Origin: Albugo candida | Taxonomy: Eukaryota | Reading direction: 5' to 3' | Assembly: GCA_040437565.1 (NCBI GenBank) | Contig: JBDOQK010000035.1 | Coordinates: forward strand, 186,001 to 250,000 | DNA length: 64,000 bases | In this document: positions 47,575-59,213 of the stretch, one piece after another | How positions within the stretch are numbered: the first letter of the stretch is position 1 | Layout of the letters: every line of letters begins with the position of its first letter | Position numbers and translations under genes: made by a program | Notes under the pieces: model-generated | Databases searched by the model: none | What the model saw: the letters and a program-made list of their open reading frames with translations, nothing else | What the model was told of the DNA's origin: nothing

Positions 47575-49536
47575 ATGACCGAAAATGTGCCCGAAAATGC
47601 CAATCAAGGTACAAAGCTCGGCGCTCTCTACACGCCAATATCGCTCTAATCGTCTCCAAAATCTCTCTACAACTTTAAAGGCTGTGTAGGCATCCATTCC
47701 GAGTCCGCAGGCAAAGCGAGTGGATGTGCAGGCTGTCCAAATCAATCCGCATGCGCCTCTGGTGTTCCTACTCCACCCGATTCAGGTCAGGCACGCATCT
47801 CCCATCTCCTCGCACTCATACTCCTCGAGTAGCTCCTCAAAGCATCAGAGAACGTCTCCGTAACGTCAAACACAAAATCCTCGTTCTCTCAGGCAAAGGC
47901 GGCGTCGGAAAAAGCACAATTGCGTGTCAATTTGCATTTTCATTGGCACAAAAAGGCTTCCAAGTTGGATTATTAGATATCGATATCACAGGCCCCAGTG
48001 TGCCTCGAATGCTCGGTCTTTTGGGCCAAGAAGTGCATCAGAGCGCTGGAGGATGGTCACCTGTCTATGTAGGCGACAATTTGGGCGTTATGTCGATCGG
48101 ATTCATGCTTCCGAATCTCGACGACGCGATNNNNNNNNNNNNNNNNNNNNNNNNNNNNNNNNNNNNNNNNNNNNNNNNNNNNNNNNNNNNNNNNNNNNNN
48201 NNNNNNNNNNNNNNNNNNNNNNNNNNNNNNTACACGCCAATATCGCTCTAATCGTCTCCAAAATCTCTCTACAACTTTAAAGGCTGTGTAGGCATCCATT
48301 CCGAGTCCGCAGGCAAAGCGAGTGGATGTGCAGGCTGTCCAAATCAATCCGCATGCGCCTCTGGTGTTCCTACTCCACCCGATTCAGGTCAGGCACGCAT
48401 CTCCCATCTCCTCGCACTCATACTCCTCGAGTAGCTCCTCAAAGCATCAGAGAACGTCTCCGTAACGTCAAACACAAAATCCTCGTTCTCTCAGGCAAAG
48501 GCGGCGTCGGAAAAAGCACAATTGCGTGTCAATTTGCATTTTCATTGGCACAAAAAGGCTTCCAAGTTGGATTATTAGATATCGATATCACAGGCCCCAG
48601 TGTGCCTCGAATGCTCGGTCTTTTGGGCCAAGAAGTGCATCAGAGCGCTGGAGGATGGTCACCTGTCTATGTAGGCGACAATTTGGGCGTTATGTCGATC
48701 GGATTCATGCTTCCGAATCTCGACGACGCGATCATTTGGCGAGGGCCCAAGAAGAGTGGAATCATTAAGCAGTTCCTTATGGACGTCGAGTGGGGCGATT
48801 TGGATTATCTGATCATTGACACGCCGCCGGGGACTTCCGATGAGCATATAAGTGTCGTTCAGGTAGGAATTCAATACAATGAACAGTATATAATTTGTGT
48901 AAAATGTGGGGGCAGTACATGAAGGAAGCCGATTTGGATGGCGCTGTGGTGGTCACAACGCCGCAAGAAGTCGCACTTATGGACGTCCGAAAAGAACTCA
49001 ATTTTTGTCGAAAAGTTGGTGTGAATATTGCTGGAAATAATGTGCTCAAAAGGTTTCTGTAGACCAATGTTCGCGTCCTTGGTGTCATTGAGAATATGAG
49101 CGCATTGGAACGACCGATTCGAGAAGTGAAATTTCTCGATACCAGTGGAATCGATGCCACTGAGATTGTTAAGAAGGTTTTACAGACGCATGCGCCACAA
49201 GCACTCGACTATTTGGTGCGTGAGTGTATGTGATATTGAGCCAATTATTTCAAATTTGCGCTTCCAGATTCAGACACAAGTGTTTCCGAGCACAAATGGA
49301 GGCGCCAAAGCCATGGCGGACGCATTCCAAGTACCCTTCCTCGGTCGATTACCGCTGGATCCGAATATGACCAATGCGTGTGAGGATGGCATTTCGTTCG
49401 TGGAGGCATTTCCGACCTCATCCGCAAGCGCTTCCTTTCAAACAATTGTCAACAGTATGTGTTCCGCTCACTTGCGATCGTTCCGTACGCTTTACTGAAT
49501 CAAATTGTAGCACTTCTTTCCTTCATCCAAAATTAA
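47575..49536 (+). CDS. NUBP1: Cytosolic Fe-S cluster assembly factor Nbp35/NUBP1, multi-exon; 5' part duplicated by an assembly overlap
   Basis: N-terminal Fe-S motif [20 protein letters not shown]-loop [43 protein letters not shown] and GVIENMS. 47629-48130 repeats 48231-48732. Confidence 0.95.
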
Positions 49537-49585
49537 TTTTTCGCAATTTTTCGCCATTTTTCTAATTATTCCAAGAAATTAATTT

Positions 49586-51437
49586 TCAACAATTGAATCG
49601 AACGACAATCACAGAAACATTATCGGAGGATCCAGAGCGTATCGCGAGATTAGCAAGCGATCGACTCGCCATTTCCGCGGTACATCCGCCTTTCAATTTC
49701 TCACGAACATGTCGAACGGCTTCCTGGCTCGTAATTGTGTCCCATAAGCCATCACACGCCAAAATTAGAAACGCGACATCGGGAGTGATTTCAATTTCCT
49801 GCCGAAAAAATATCAGCAAATTTCTAAATTTCCAAATTCCCATAGTCGTACCTTAAATTCCGGCACGGGAATCACTAAATCGCCATGGAAAACGCGCTCA
49901 TGTCCTTCTGGAAACGCCCAAAATGCATACTCCGCAAGCGCTCGTCCTTTATATTCAAAGTCGCCAATGGCTCGGGAGACTGCAAGCTCGCCATTCACGC
50001 GGTAAATGGGAACCCATCGAACGATACGTTCTGCCTTTTCCTTAATGCGCGGATCACTGAGATCCATGGAATGAAGCTTGGAAATGTGTAATTCGCGCTC
50101 CTCTTTGACCCAACCGCCTTGTTGTTCGATCCGTTCGCGCTCATCTTTTCTTCCGGGCGTTTGTTCTTCGATCACATCCAATGCGTCTTCACCAAGACAA
50201 ACGACTGCACGACTGTCACCAATATTCGCTGTGAGCAATTGAGTGCCGCGGATAAAGACCAACGCCGCTGTCGTTCCCGCAGACCATTTCTGAAAACTCG
50301 TTGAATGAGAAATTGTTTCAACTCTAATTCTCGTACCTCAATGGCAGCTTGAACGAGAAATTCTCGATCCACTCGACGAAAACATTCATCAAAAGCGCGT
50401 CGAATATTGCCGTAGAATTCGTCGTGAGCGCAAATGTACGCAGCGAGTCGATCACTTGCGAATTGTGCGGCCTACAGAGTCGTTAGTTTTATGTTGAAAT
50501 TCATTGTGTTGAATGGTCGTACTTGAACACCAGCGTGTCCGTCGAAGAGAGCGTAAAGCGCTTGTTTCTGACAATATTCCAAGTCGAAATGCGCGTTGAG
50601 ATCCGGAATGCAGCAACATAAATCTTCCATGTTGTTTCGGACACCCAAAAGTGATGTGATTCCGTACACTTCATTTCCATTGGAATAACTGAACGCATCC
50701 GTTGATGTCATTTCCACCATAGAATCCAATGTTCGAAGCTCTTCCGATCGCTCACTATGATGTCGTGATGTCCATCGACTTGAACTCAATGGAGAAGACG
50801 GTGGTGTGACGGCTGTGGCGTTCTCTCGATCACGAATGTATCGAGGAACGTAGGCGCGTGTGACTGGAAGCGGACGTTGCGTATCGTGATCATGCTGTTC
50901 CATACTGTGTGTTTCTGCGGCGGTATCGGAAGGTCGAAAGCAAGTCGATAACATGCGTGTGTCTGTGCTGAAAGAAGTGCTAAACCGTCGAGATCGAAGA
51001 TACTTTCGTTGTGGATTCATATTCGATGGAATTGTCGACTCATTCTCTTCCGAAAGATCAAATTCAAACATTCCGAGCGGACTTTTAGGAAGAAATGTCG
51101 TGGAACTCGATGATGATTCCGAGTCGTCTGGAGCGAGATTGAGATCACATGGAACGAAGGAATCGATATCGTGCAAGTCGAGTGAGACACTCCGACTGGA
51201 TCGAGCAGTCTGGACAGATCGTGAGAAACAAGAAATTGTGGTGCAATTGTTTACGCACGCGCCGTTTTCGAGTGAGATGCGGATCTGTGTCGCGATGCGG
51301 TCGATTGCTGTGAGAATGACACGTTTGGAGAAGCATGGAAATGATATTGGCGATGGATCGCTGAAAATTGAAGAGCCAATCTTGCATCTAGCAATTAATT
51401 GGAGTGAGTGCAATATATTGCAATGAATTGAACACAT
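49586..51437 (-). CDS. Protein phosphatase 2C (PPM family) with a long Ser-rich N-terminus, multi-exon
   Basis: GVRNNMED, LFDGHAG, GTTA, ANIGDSRAV, ELAVSRAIGD, LACDGLWD and GSSDNVSVIVV. Confidence 0.92.
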
Positions 51438-51666
51438 ACTCGATCTTTGGATTCTGCGCGTAAGACATATTTCCGGTGCTGACAACGAATTTGAAACGCG
51501 CCAACTCCAAAATCTTTCTATAGTGAAAAATTAACTGGAAAAATATATTGGATAAAATTGTACCGCTGTGGTGACGGAATCGACTTGATCGAGCTCAATG
51601 ATACCACGACACCCCGGAGGACGAGGATGGGTGATTGCATCGCTTGATGAAACATCTCGAGCGGAT

Positions 51667-52524
51667 TTATAATAAATTAATTGGCTTGTCTGTGAGAATT
51701 AATAATTGGTGACTTTAGTGCGATATTGTTACAATTGTGACTTACTTGCATGACGAACCACCGTTGTTTCCATACGGAACGGTTTTTTACGCTTTGTTTC
51801 TCGAGACAACCTTCCAAGTGCACAGGTCTAGTAATAAAAGCAATAGAACATTGTAAGTTACGGAGTCATTCATACGCGTATACGGTATACAGTGAGAACA
51901 ATGCATCGTATTAGAATAACCAAAAACGTACTCCAGATATTTTATGTACCCCGCTAGTGTGCGTGGTTGGAAGTAACTCGCTGATTGTGGTATAGGTGGA
52001 AAGCATCCCTCAAGCGTATTTTGCGATGGTTCTAAATTCCACGAACAAGGTTCGGATTCTTCCTCTAATTCTTCTTCCTCCGAACAAATTGGCCAACGAA
52101 AACTTTGATTGTTTGCTTTACTAAACTCGTTCTCCAATAATTTATCTCGTGAGTGATTGGTGCCAGATACTCGTGAATGTTGGAACTCGCTCCAGCGATC
52201 GCTGTGTGCAGCTTTGACGTGACCCGTTATAGAGCTTTTATCTGATAATTGCTCCTTCGATGACGATACGGGAAATAACGAAACTGAATTTAAGCTTTGT
52301 GTTGTATCCGATAACACATCGGGATGCGTTATAAGATCGTGTGCAGAATCGACAATGCGTGAATTCTGTTCATCTCTACAGTGAGGATGAACGTTGGAAG
52401 ATGCACCAGACGGCGAAGGACAACGAAGGCTTGGTATTGGCGGGGACTCAGATGCTGATGGATCTTCATGTGATGCGAAATAGCTTCGATGAGGTTTACG
52501 ATGAACGCTACTGGTCATCATCAA
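51667..52524 (-). CDS. Hypothetical low-complexity protein, probably 3 exons
   Basis: 245-aa ATG ORF with plausible GT-AG introns near 51870-51830 and 51750-51690. No domain recognised. Confidence 0.5.
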
Positions 52525-52836
52525 AAAGCTTTGACGGTTTTGTTTGATATCGGTTTAAGTGCGGTTTGTGAATATAACAAAAATGATGCATCCGTTTGAG
52601 GAAAGAAAGACACGAACAATACACAGTATACATTAAATAATAAATAACGCAGGTAGTCGCCAAGACATTTGAAAAAAAAGAAAAAAAACAAACGCCATGA
52701 GGAAATGCGTACCGCGAGTTGCCATGTAAAATCTTGTTTTCGTTTTCATATTTTTGTAATTTTGTAATTTTGACCAAAAGTGTTACCCATTGTCGAGTGA
52801 CTAAAAGTCGCCACAAAAACGTAATCATTAAAACTC

Positions 52837-54237
52837 TCATGGGAATAAGAACGGACCGATTGCCGGAGGCTCATACAAGTTCGGGTCAGTACCCACATAC
52901 TGCCAGCCATGTTGATACAGGTTCACCCGCTGACCCATCAACCCACATGTATGGACGCCATTCTTACAACAACACAAGCAATAGTCACTTGAAGATGGCG
53001 ACGCATTGCTTTCCATTGGAACCTGTAGCCCATGTGCATTTTTGAAATAAGATGCTATTTGGGAGTGAACTTTAGGTCCGTCGGATTGTAACAACCCAAA
53101 TTGTAGAGACATAGGAACCACCACGCGACGCTGGATAAAATACGAGTCTGTAACTGATATCTTGTTCCACCGATCGTTATCACGTGTTCCATCTGATTCC
53201 CACTCTTTCAGTCCAGCGACCAATGAGCGAAGCCAAACGACACAATCGTAAAGTACGGATGCGTCCAGCTGAAGAAACTGCGCGACGAAAAGGTAATCAA
53301 GATCCGCATCGACAAGGACCAGTGCTGCACCCGCTAGTGTGCTTGGTAAGTATGACCAGGCCTGCGCATCCAAGAATCCAATATCCATCAATTGAACGGC
53401 ACTGAGGAAAATATCTAAAATCTTTCCATGCGCTCCGATTCTGATACAAGTAGAATTAGATACGGTTGATTCAAACCGCACTTTAGAAACGTACTGGTGG
53501 AACGTGAACGTAGATCCTTGATTCTCTCCAGCAACTAAAAACATGAGCCAAGAATACGCTGTTACTGGATGAAAATTCCAGTCCAGATCCTACATTTGAG
53601 CATAAGCACATAATGTGTATCGATTTGGTCAAGTACGCACCACAACGAAATCCATTTCATTTAGAATTAGATCCTCATTGGTACATTCAAAACCGCATCT
53701 TGCACCGATAAAATCTGCAAATTCGGTTGCTTTTGGAGGAAACACTTCCTCAATCTTGGCTGCCATAAAAACGCATGTTGTAGCCACTCTCTGTAATCGT
53801 TGGCGTAACACGGCAGTACCCTCCTCACTGCGCACAAAGTAACAAAAGTCGTCCACAAGTAATAATCGTTTTCGTAATATAATAAACGCATACTGTCGCG
53901 CCAAGTGCGCGCATTGTCGTTGCAAACTGAAATGCGAAGTTAATTCCAAAATCCAAAACCAAGTGAATCCAAACTGATCGTAGCGTGGCGCTGGAAGACT
54001 GGAAGGCGAAGCTGGCAATCCGTTCATTGGAAACTGGAGCACACAGTCGGGCGAAGTACACGAAACTCCCTGAACTGAAGGAGAAGGAGTCCAAAGCGGT
54101 TTATAACCAAACATATCAACTCGAAGTGGCCTCTCACGCACACAGTAAGTTCCGATGGAAGTAGGTCGGTAGGTTCGTTGCATGGACGTTAATTCCTTTT
54201 GTCGCATCTGCGAAACCACCATGAAATCGCGATTCAT
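52837..54237 (-). CDS. Cyclin-family protein (cyclin box), 2 exons
   Basis: WILEL..HFSL, LQRVATTCVFMAAKIEEVFPP, E..LNEMDF..|LDWNFHPVTAYSWL and YLPSTLAGAAL. Confidence 0.8.
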
Positions 54238-54760
54238 TTTTCCAAAAAGTTTATTATGAGTAGAGTGCACTCCGCCACGCCAGAAAGACGTCTGGTACAA
54301 CCAGTGGGAAGGTAAACCCGACAAACAAATTTGATGGAAACAGAACTATTGCAGTTTGACTTGATTGTTGTATGCTTTATAGGCGACTATTGGTCACTTT
54401 TACACAGCGTGAGTACACGTTGCGTGCTCTCGCGCTATAGTGAGGGAGATCGATTTGGTACGTGCAAGAAACAGTGCTTTATCCTCGTAATTTTTAGACA
54501 GAGTTACTGTAAGATCGGACAGTTTGACGTCTTTTTCAAGCGAAAAAGAAAAAGTAAAAAATACAATAGAGCCTCCTCGCGAGTTATTCTGTTCACCAAT
54601 AAAAACATTACGGTAACAAGGAGAGGGAAATCTTTCTGTCGCAAGAAATCAGACTTTCAACCAATTATCGTGCTGATAAATTTCAACCCTCTGGTAACCC
54701 TAAGAGTGCCGGATTGATGGAAAAATTACCCAGTACGATTAATTTTTGGTTTTGGGTGTG

Positions 54761-56446
54761 ATGAGTGACGTCAACAGCCAGCGCCACGCGAAAACTACGG
54801 AAAATTTCGGACCCGTACGAGCGCGAGAACGGAGTAAGCAAGCTCCAAATGCCGGTTCCGCAGAACGTGACTCGAATAAAATATCGCGTACAAACGCGAA
54901 CAAACGCACTCTATATTTTCGGCCTCTGCAATCACAATACTATCAGATCATTGGCTGGATTACAACACTTCAACAGCAATTTGGAAACCGTTTTTTATTG
55001 CAAGTGTTCTCTGTATACTTTACACAAGGTATACGCAGCACACTATGCTCATTGGGAACGAGTTATTTTCTAAATGAGACACTCACATTACTTCCCTCAC
55101 AATCGGAAGCACTACGTGGTACCGCTTCGATCCCGTGGATCATAAAACCGTTGTATGGCGTTCTATCCGATAGCGTTCCAATCTGCGGGACACGCCGCAA
55201 ATCGTACTTAATAGCAGGCAGTGTCATAACCGCACTTGCTTACGTTCTCCTCGCGATCCCCAACCTCATCACCAGGTATAACATCCTTTACACGTTAACT
55301 AACACGTTACTAACACCTCTTCCCAGTTATGAATCAGCTTTAATGGCGCTCGTAATTGCGAGTTTTGGCGTCGCTTTTTGCGACGTTGTCATTGACGGAC
55401 GCGTGGTCGAAGTATCTAGAAATGACCGTGAGAATGCAGCCATCAACCTCCAAACGCTCTCGTGGATCTCTCTCTCCATTGGCTCTGTTTTCGGCTCTAT
55501 TATCTCCGGGCAAGCGCTTACGATTTTGGGGCCTCGCGGAGTCTTTTTTCTTTCGGCGCTTGGGCCAATATGTACGATCGCCATCTCCTCCACCATCCAC
55601 GAGGAGTCCGTTAAGACGAAATCCACAGGCTTTTTCGCCACTGTACGCACCCAATTCTCGCAATTGATTGGAATTTTCATCACACCCGTTTGTTGGCGTC
55701 CCGTTCTTTGGCTTTTTCTGTCGAACGCACTTGCTCCCAGCGTCGGCGAAGCCATGTTTAGCTTCAAAACAAAGGAATTACACTTTACAAAGTCGTTTCT
55801 TGGCTTTGTGTCCACTGTAGGAAGTCTCACGTTATTGGGAACGACTGCAGCGTACAGTATCCATTTCAGAAATATTTCCTTCCGCAAAATATTTTTCGTC
55901 GTTCAAATTGTTTCCGCTGCAGTTTCGTTTTCTGAATTCGTTTTGGTGGCGCGATGGAACATTCGTTTCGGTATAAGCGATCAATTTTTCATATTTGGCG
56001 ATGAAATTGTATCGGATGTCGTTGCTCGTCTCAAGCATATGCCGTCTCTGGTTCTCTGTGCGAAAATATGTCCTCCAGGAATTGAAGGGACTATGTTTGC
56101 GCTGCTCATGTCGATTTACAATTTCTCATGGTCGGTCGCATCGTACGGTGGATCGTGGTTGTGTCAATATCTGAGTGTATCGAGTCATAATTTCGTGGGG
56201 CTTCCAAAAGCGTTGCTGGTCCGGAGTATTGCCAAATTGATTCCAGTGCTCTTATTATGGATGATTCCAGTGTCCATTAATGTGCAGAGTACCAAAGAAT
56301 CGGTGGAAATGGACAAAGTATCGGAATTAGAAGCTGGCAATTCAAACGTACCCAAAGGTTTTCCGGATACAAATGTGACTTTTTGTGAGAAAAAAAAGAC
56401 TCTTCCCACGACCGCCGCTTCCAAACGATCGCTTATATGCGAATGA
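54761..56446 (+). CDS. Folate-biopterin transporter (BT1/FBT, MFS)
   Basis: VYFTQG, IPWIIKPLYGVLSDSVPICGTRRKSY, AFCDVVIDG and CAKICPPGIEGTMFALLMSIYN. Confidence 0.93.
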   Translation: MSDVNSQRHAKTTENFGPVRARERSKQAPNAGSAERDSNKISRTNANKRTLYFRPLQSQYYQIIGWITTLQQQFGNRFLLQVFSVYFTQGIRSTLCSLGTSYFLNETLTLLPSQSEALRGTASIPWIIKPLYGVLSDSVPICGTRRKSYLIAGSVITALAYVLLAIPNLITRYNILYTLTNTLLTPLPSYESALMALVIASFGVAFCDVVIDGRVVEVSRNDRENAAINLQTLSWISLSIGSVFGSIISGQALTILGPRGVFFLSALGPICTIAISSTIHEESVKTKSTGFFATVRTQFSQLIGIFITPVCWRPVLWLFLSNALAPSVGEAMFSFKTKELHFTKSFLGFVSTVGSLTLLGTTAAYSIHFRNISFRKIFFVVQIVSAAVSFSEFVLVARWNIRFGISDQFFIFGDEIVSDVVARLKHMPSLVLCAKICPPGIEGTMFALLMSIYNFSWSVASYGGSWLCQYLSVSSHNFVGLPKALLVRSIAKLIPVLLLWMIPVSINVQSTKESVEMDKVSELEAGNSNVPKGFPDTNVTFCEKKKTLPTTAASKRSLICE

Positions 56447-58086
56447 CTCGGATTTGGATGCGTTCAAGCGCTCTCTTATCGCTAATAATCACGCAATGGA
56501 GTCTACAGATCGACGCACAATGCGCTGAGCCTCGTGTTCGGAGATCGTGGGATCTCTACAATTTCAATGAGAAGAATTTGTACCTCTCCGCGATCCGACT
56601 CGCAATGCAAAGAGGCTTTCATCAGAAATTCACAGAGCTCCACACAGAATACTTTTCAGAATTAGAAGCACATCGTTCGGGTGTGTTCATTTATTGGCAT
56701 CGTGTCTTCCTTTTGGGGTACGAAAACATGCTTCGAAGTCTCGGGGAGCCGTACAAATGTCTTACACTTCCATTTTGGGATCATTTGGCGGCTACGGCCA
56801 AACGTTCTGCCGGACAATGCACTTATATGGAGCAATGTGCATCGATTCTGACGGATTTCGGCGGGTCTTCCACGGGGTATACGTCGTCGCCATACAACAC
56901 GATGAAGGTGTATAATGTCAGCATCACACCCGCACGTAATGAGCGGTGTGTGACCCAAGGTGTCTTACAATCATTCTGTGGGAATCAAACATTCTGCTCG
57001 CGCTGCGTCCTTCGCGGTCCCATTCGAAGCTCTTTCTATCCGGCCGAAGCGTACTTTACGTCCGTGTACAAGCAGGTGTTCACATACTCTGATCAATTGG
57101 CATTTACTGTCGCTGTGGAACGTGGCGTCCATAACACCATACACAGTTATTTGGGCGGCATCATGGCGTGGTTGCAGTCTCCGATCGATCCCATCTTTTA
57201 CGTGCATCATACGTTCACCGATATGTTACAATCGATCCATCTCAAATGTTTTGTTGGCGACGAATGGCTCACGTTGGAGCAGAAACAGACGAATCCTTCG
57301 TTGTGGACGAATTCCTCCCGACGGAATGGTGGTACCTTTTTTGCAAGTGATTCGATGACTATGCGATTACGAAATTATTCTGGACATTGGGAATCTGTGA
57401 GGAATCCAAATAACATGCTTTATGACTTCTTCAAAGATCTTCCCGAGACGTACGCCCAAATGGTGGACGCAATGGATCTTGGAGCGTATAGCTATGTGTA
57501 TGAGCTGCCAGGGACGTTGGCCAGTATGTACGATAAATGTAAAGACTCGATTGTGATGCCATCAAATGTATTGCTGGAGCGAGAGACTGTGCCTGACACT
57601 CGACGTCCCAATAATGTGCGTATACGTCGTCGACATTGTCATGAGGCGATGAGACCGCCGACACCAGAGGACGATACGGTGTTGAATGTGAATATCGCTC
57701 TTTTTGAGACTGCTCGAATTGTTGGGTACACAAACGTTGCGGCGCGTCAACAGATGGAAATGATCATGTGCGTCCATAAAGACGAGTGTTTGGGCGGTGT
57801 GGACGATTACTCGGATGAATTTAGAGACCATTTTAATGTGACTGGGCATTCTCCATGTTATACGCTCTTGCAGCACATTCGAAATGGACGAAAAGTCATT
57901 GGGATTCCGTTCTGGCGCGATATTGTCGCGAAATTCATTCCATGTCCGTCGGTAAAAGAGGTGAGAGAAGCGCCAAAATCGACTCAGCCGCCAAAATCAG
58001 ACGCAAAACCGTATGAGAATCGAATTGCAGCAAATGAATGGCTGCTGAAGCGACGGAATGGCCTTTTCAGTGTTTATAGAGCGTGA
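56437..58086 (+). CDS. Secreted tyrosinase-like dicopper protein
   Basis: Signal peptide, PRVRRSW, CuA region H..EAH..FIYWHR and CuB HNTIH..SPIDPIFYVHH..D. Confidence 0.9.
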   Translation: MRMTRIWMRSSALLSLIITQWSLQIDAQCAEPRVRRSWDLYNFNEKNLYLSAIRLAMQRGFHQKFTELHTEYFSELEAHRSGVFIYWHRVFLLGYENMLRSLGEPYKCLTLPFWDHLAATAKRSAGQCTYMEQCASILTDFGGSSTGYTSSPYNTMKVYNVSITPARNERCVTQGVLQSFCGNQTFCSRCVLRGPIRSSFYPAEAYFTSVYKQVFTYSDQLAFTVAVERGVHNTIHSYLGGIMAWLQSPIDPIFYVHHTFTDMLQSIHLKCFVGDEWLTLEQKQTNPSLWTNSSRRNGGTFFASDSMTMRLRNYSGHWESVRNPNNMLYDFFKDLPETYAQMVDAMDLGAYSYVYELPGTLASMYDKCKDSIVMPSNVLLERETVPDTRRPNNVRIRRRHCHEAMRPPTPEDDTVLNVNIALFETARIVGYTNVAARQQMEMIMCVHKDECLGGVDDYSDEFRDHFNVTGHSPCYTLLQHIRNGRKVIGIPFWRDIVAKFIPCPSVKEVREAPKSTQPPKSDAKPYENRIAANEWLLKRRNGLFSVYRA

Positions 58087-58142
58087 GTGCGTGAATTGCG
58101 GCTTGCGGACGTAAAGAAGTAAGGATCCGATACGAGTGACTG

Positions 58143-58661
58143 TTATATGTTTTGTAATGAAAACGGAAGGTGCAATCGCATTTGTATCGTTCGATAGAAC
58201 TGAATTGTCGGAATAAGGCGTATCTCTATCAGATGGTTTCTTTCTGTCCTAAGATTCAAAGCTCCATGTTGCTTCCCGCGCGTTCCTTTTATGAGAAAAA
58301 TCGAACAGAACTGTACTTGGTGCTCAAACGCAAAGTGAATCCGATTTCCAAACGACTCGACTGTCAACAGAGTTGACGGATTGATACCGCTTTGAATTCC
58401 CTCCATATACAAGTTACGTACAAATTGACAAGAAAAGCAGAGCACTCACGTTTGAAAGGATGAAAGCTATCCATAGAAAGCGTATTTGCCGATGCTGGAA
58501 AAAATGCCTCGCATATCTGAAAAATCGCACGCATAGGAGAAAGACTTTCCAAGTTATCGAGTTGAGATTCCAACGCTTTGACCTCATTATCTCGGGTCTG
58601 TGTTTGATCATATCGTCCTAATTTTCTGATTTTTTTTCGTGTACTTTGTAGAGCAATCAGC
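58143..58661 (-). CDS. 3' exons of an unidentified gene whose 5' part lies in the gap
   Basis: An open frame leaves the gap (LIALQSTRKK..ESQLDNLE..) and is followed by intron-like breaks. It was not recognised as the TPP2 C-terminus. Confidence 0.4.
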
Positions 58662-58761
58662 NNNNNNNNNNNNNNNNNNNNNNNNNNNNNNNNNNNNNNN
58701 NNNNNNNNNNNNNNNNNNNNNNNNNNNNNNNNNNNNNNNNNNNNNNNNNNNNNNNNNNNNN

Positions 58762-59061
58762 ATAAATCTTTTTCTTTCGATTTCGGAGCGTTAGTATCGC
58801 CTCATTGGTATCTGTATCCAAAAAAGGGGATATAGTCTCTGACGTGTCCACATCTCCTGCTCCTGTGGCGTCGATCAAGTCGATGACTTTTGGTTTTCCG
58901 GCATTGGTTTCCTGCAATCCGCTTGCTCCGGGGTCCACACCTGTGTCAAATATAGCAACGATTGTGTCACGCCCATCGTAGGAGGGATACTTTTGGAGAA
59001 AAAGTTCGGCTTCTGTCTCTCTTTTGGGAAGTAATCCTTCAAACGGGAATCGTGCGGCCAT
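58762..59061 (-). CDS. TPP2: Tripeptidyl-peptidase II, N-terminal fragment; remainder in the gap
   Basis: [64 protein letters not shown]. Confidence 0.93.
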
Positions 59062-59213
59062 TTTTGAGATAAAGTTGAAGGTGTCCTGATTGGTGGAAAA
59101 TTGTTCCTGAGCAGCAAGTCTGCTTCGTGATATCCTGTAAATATCGATACCGAGGTGCTCACAATATTAAATTAAGTTGTAGTCGTTTGCATTGTAGTGG
59201 AAAATAACCACAG

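Noticed and set aside
47629-48732. Tandem duplication of Nbp35 (likewise MYB 44497-45134, pseudo-protease 21181-22025, Sua5/UBX ends 17790-18400)
   Set aside because: The copies appear identical and directly flank 100-N gaps, so they are unmerged contig overlaps.
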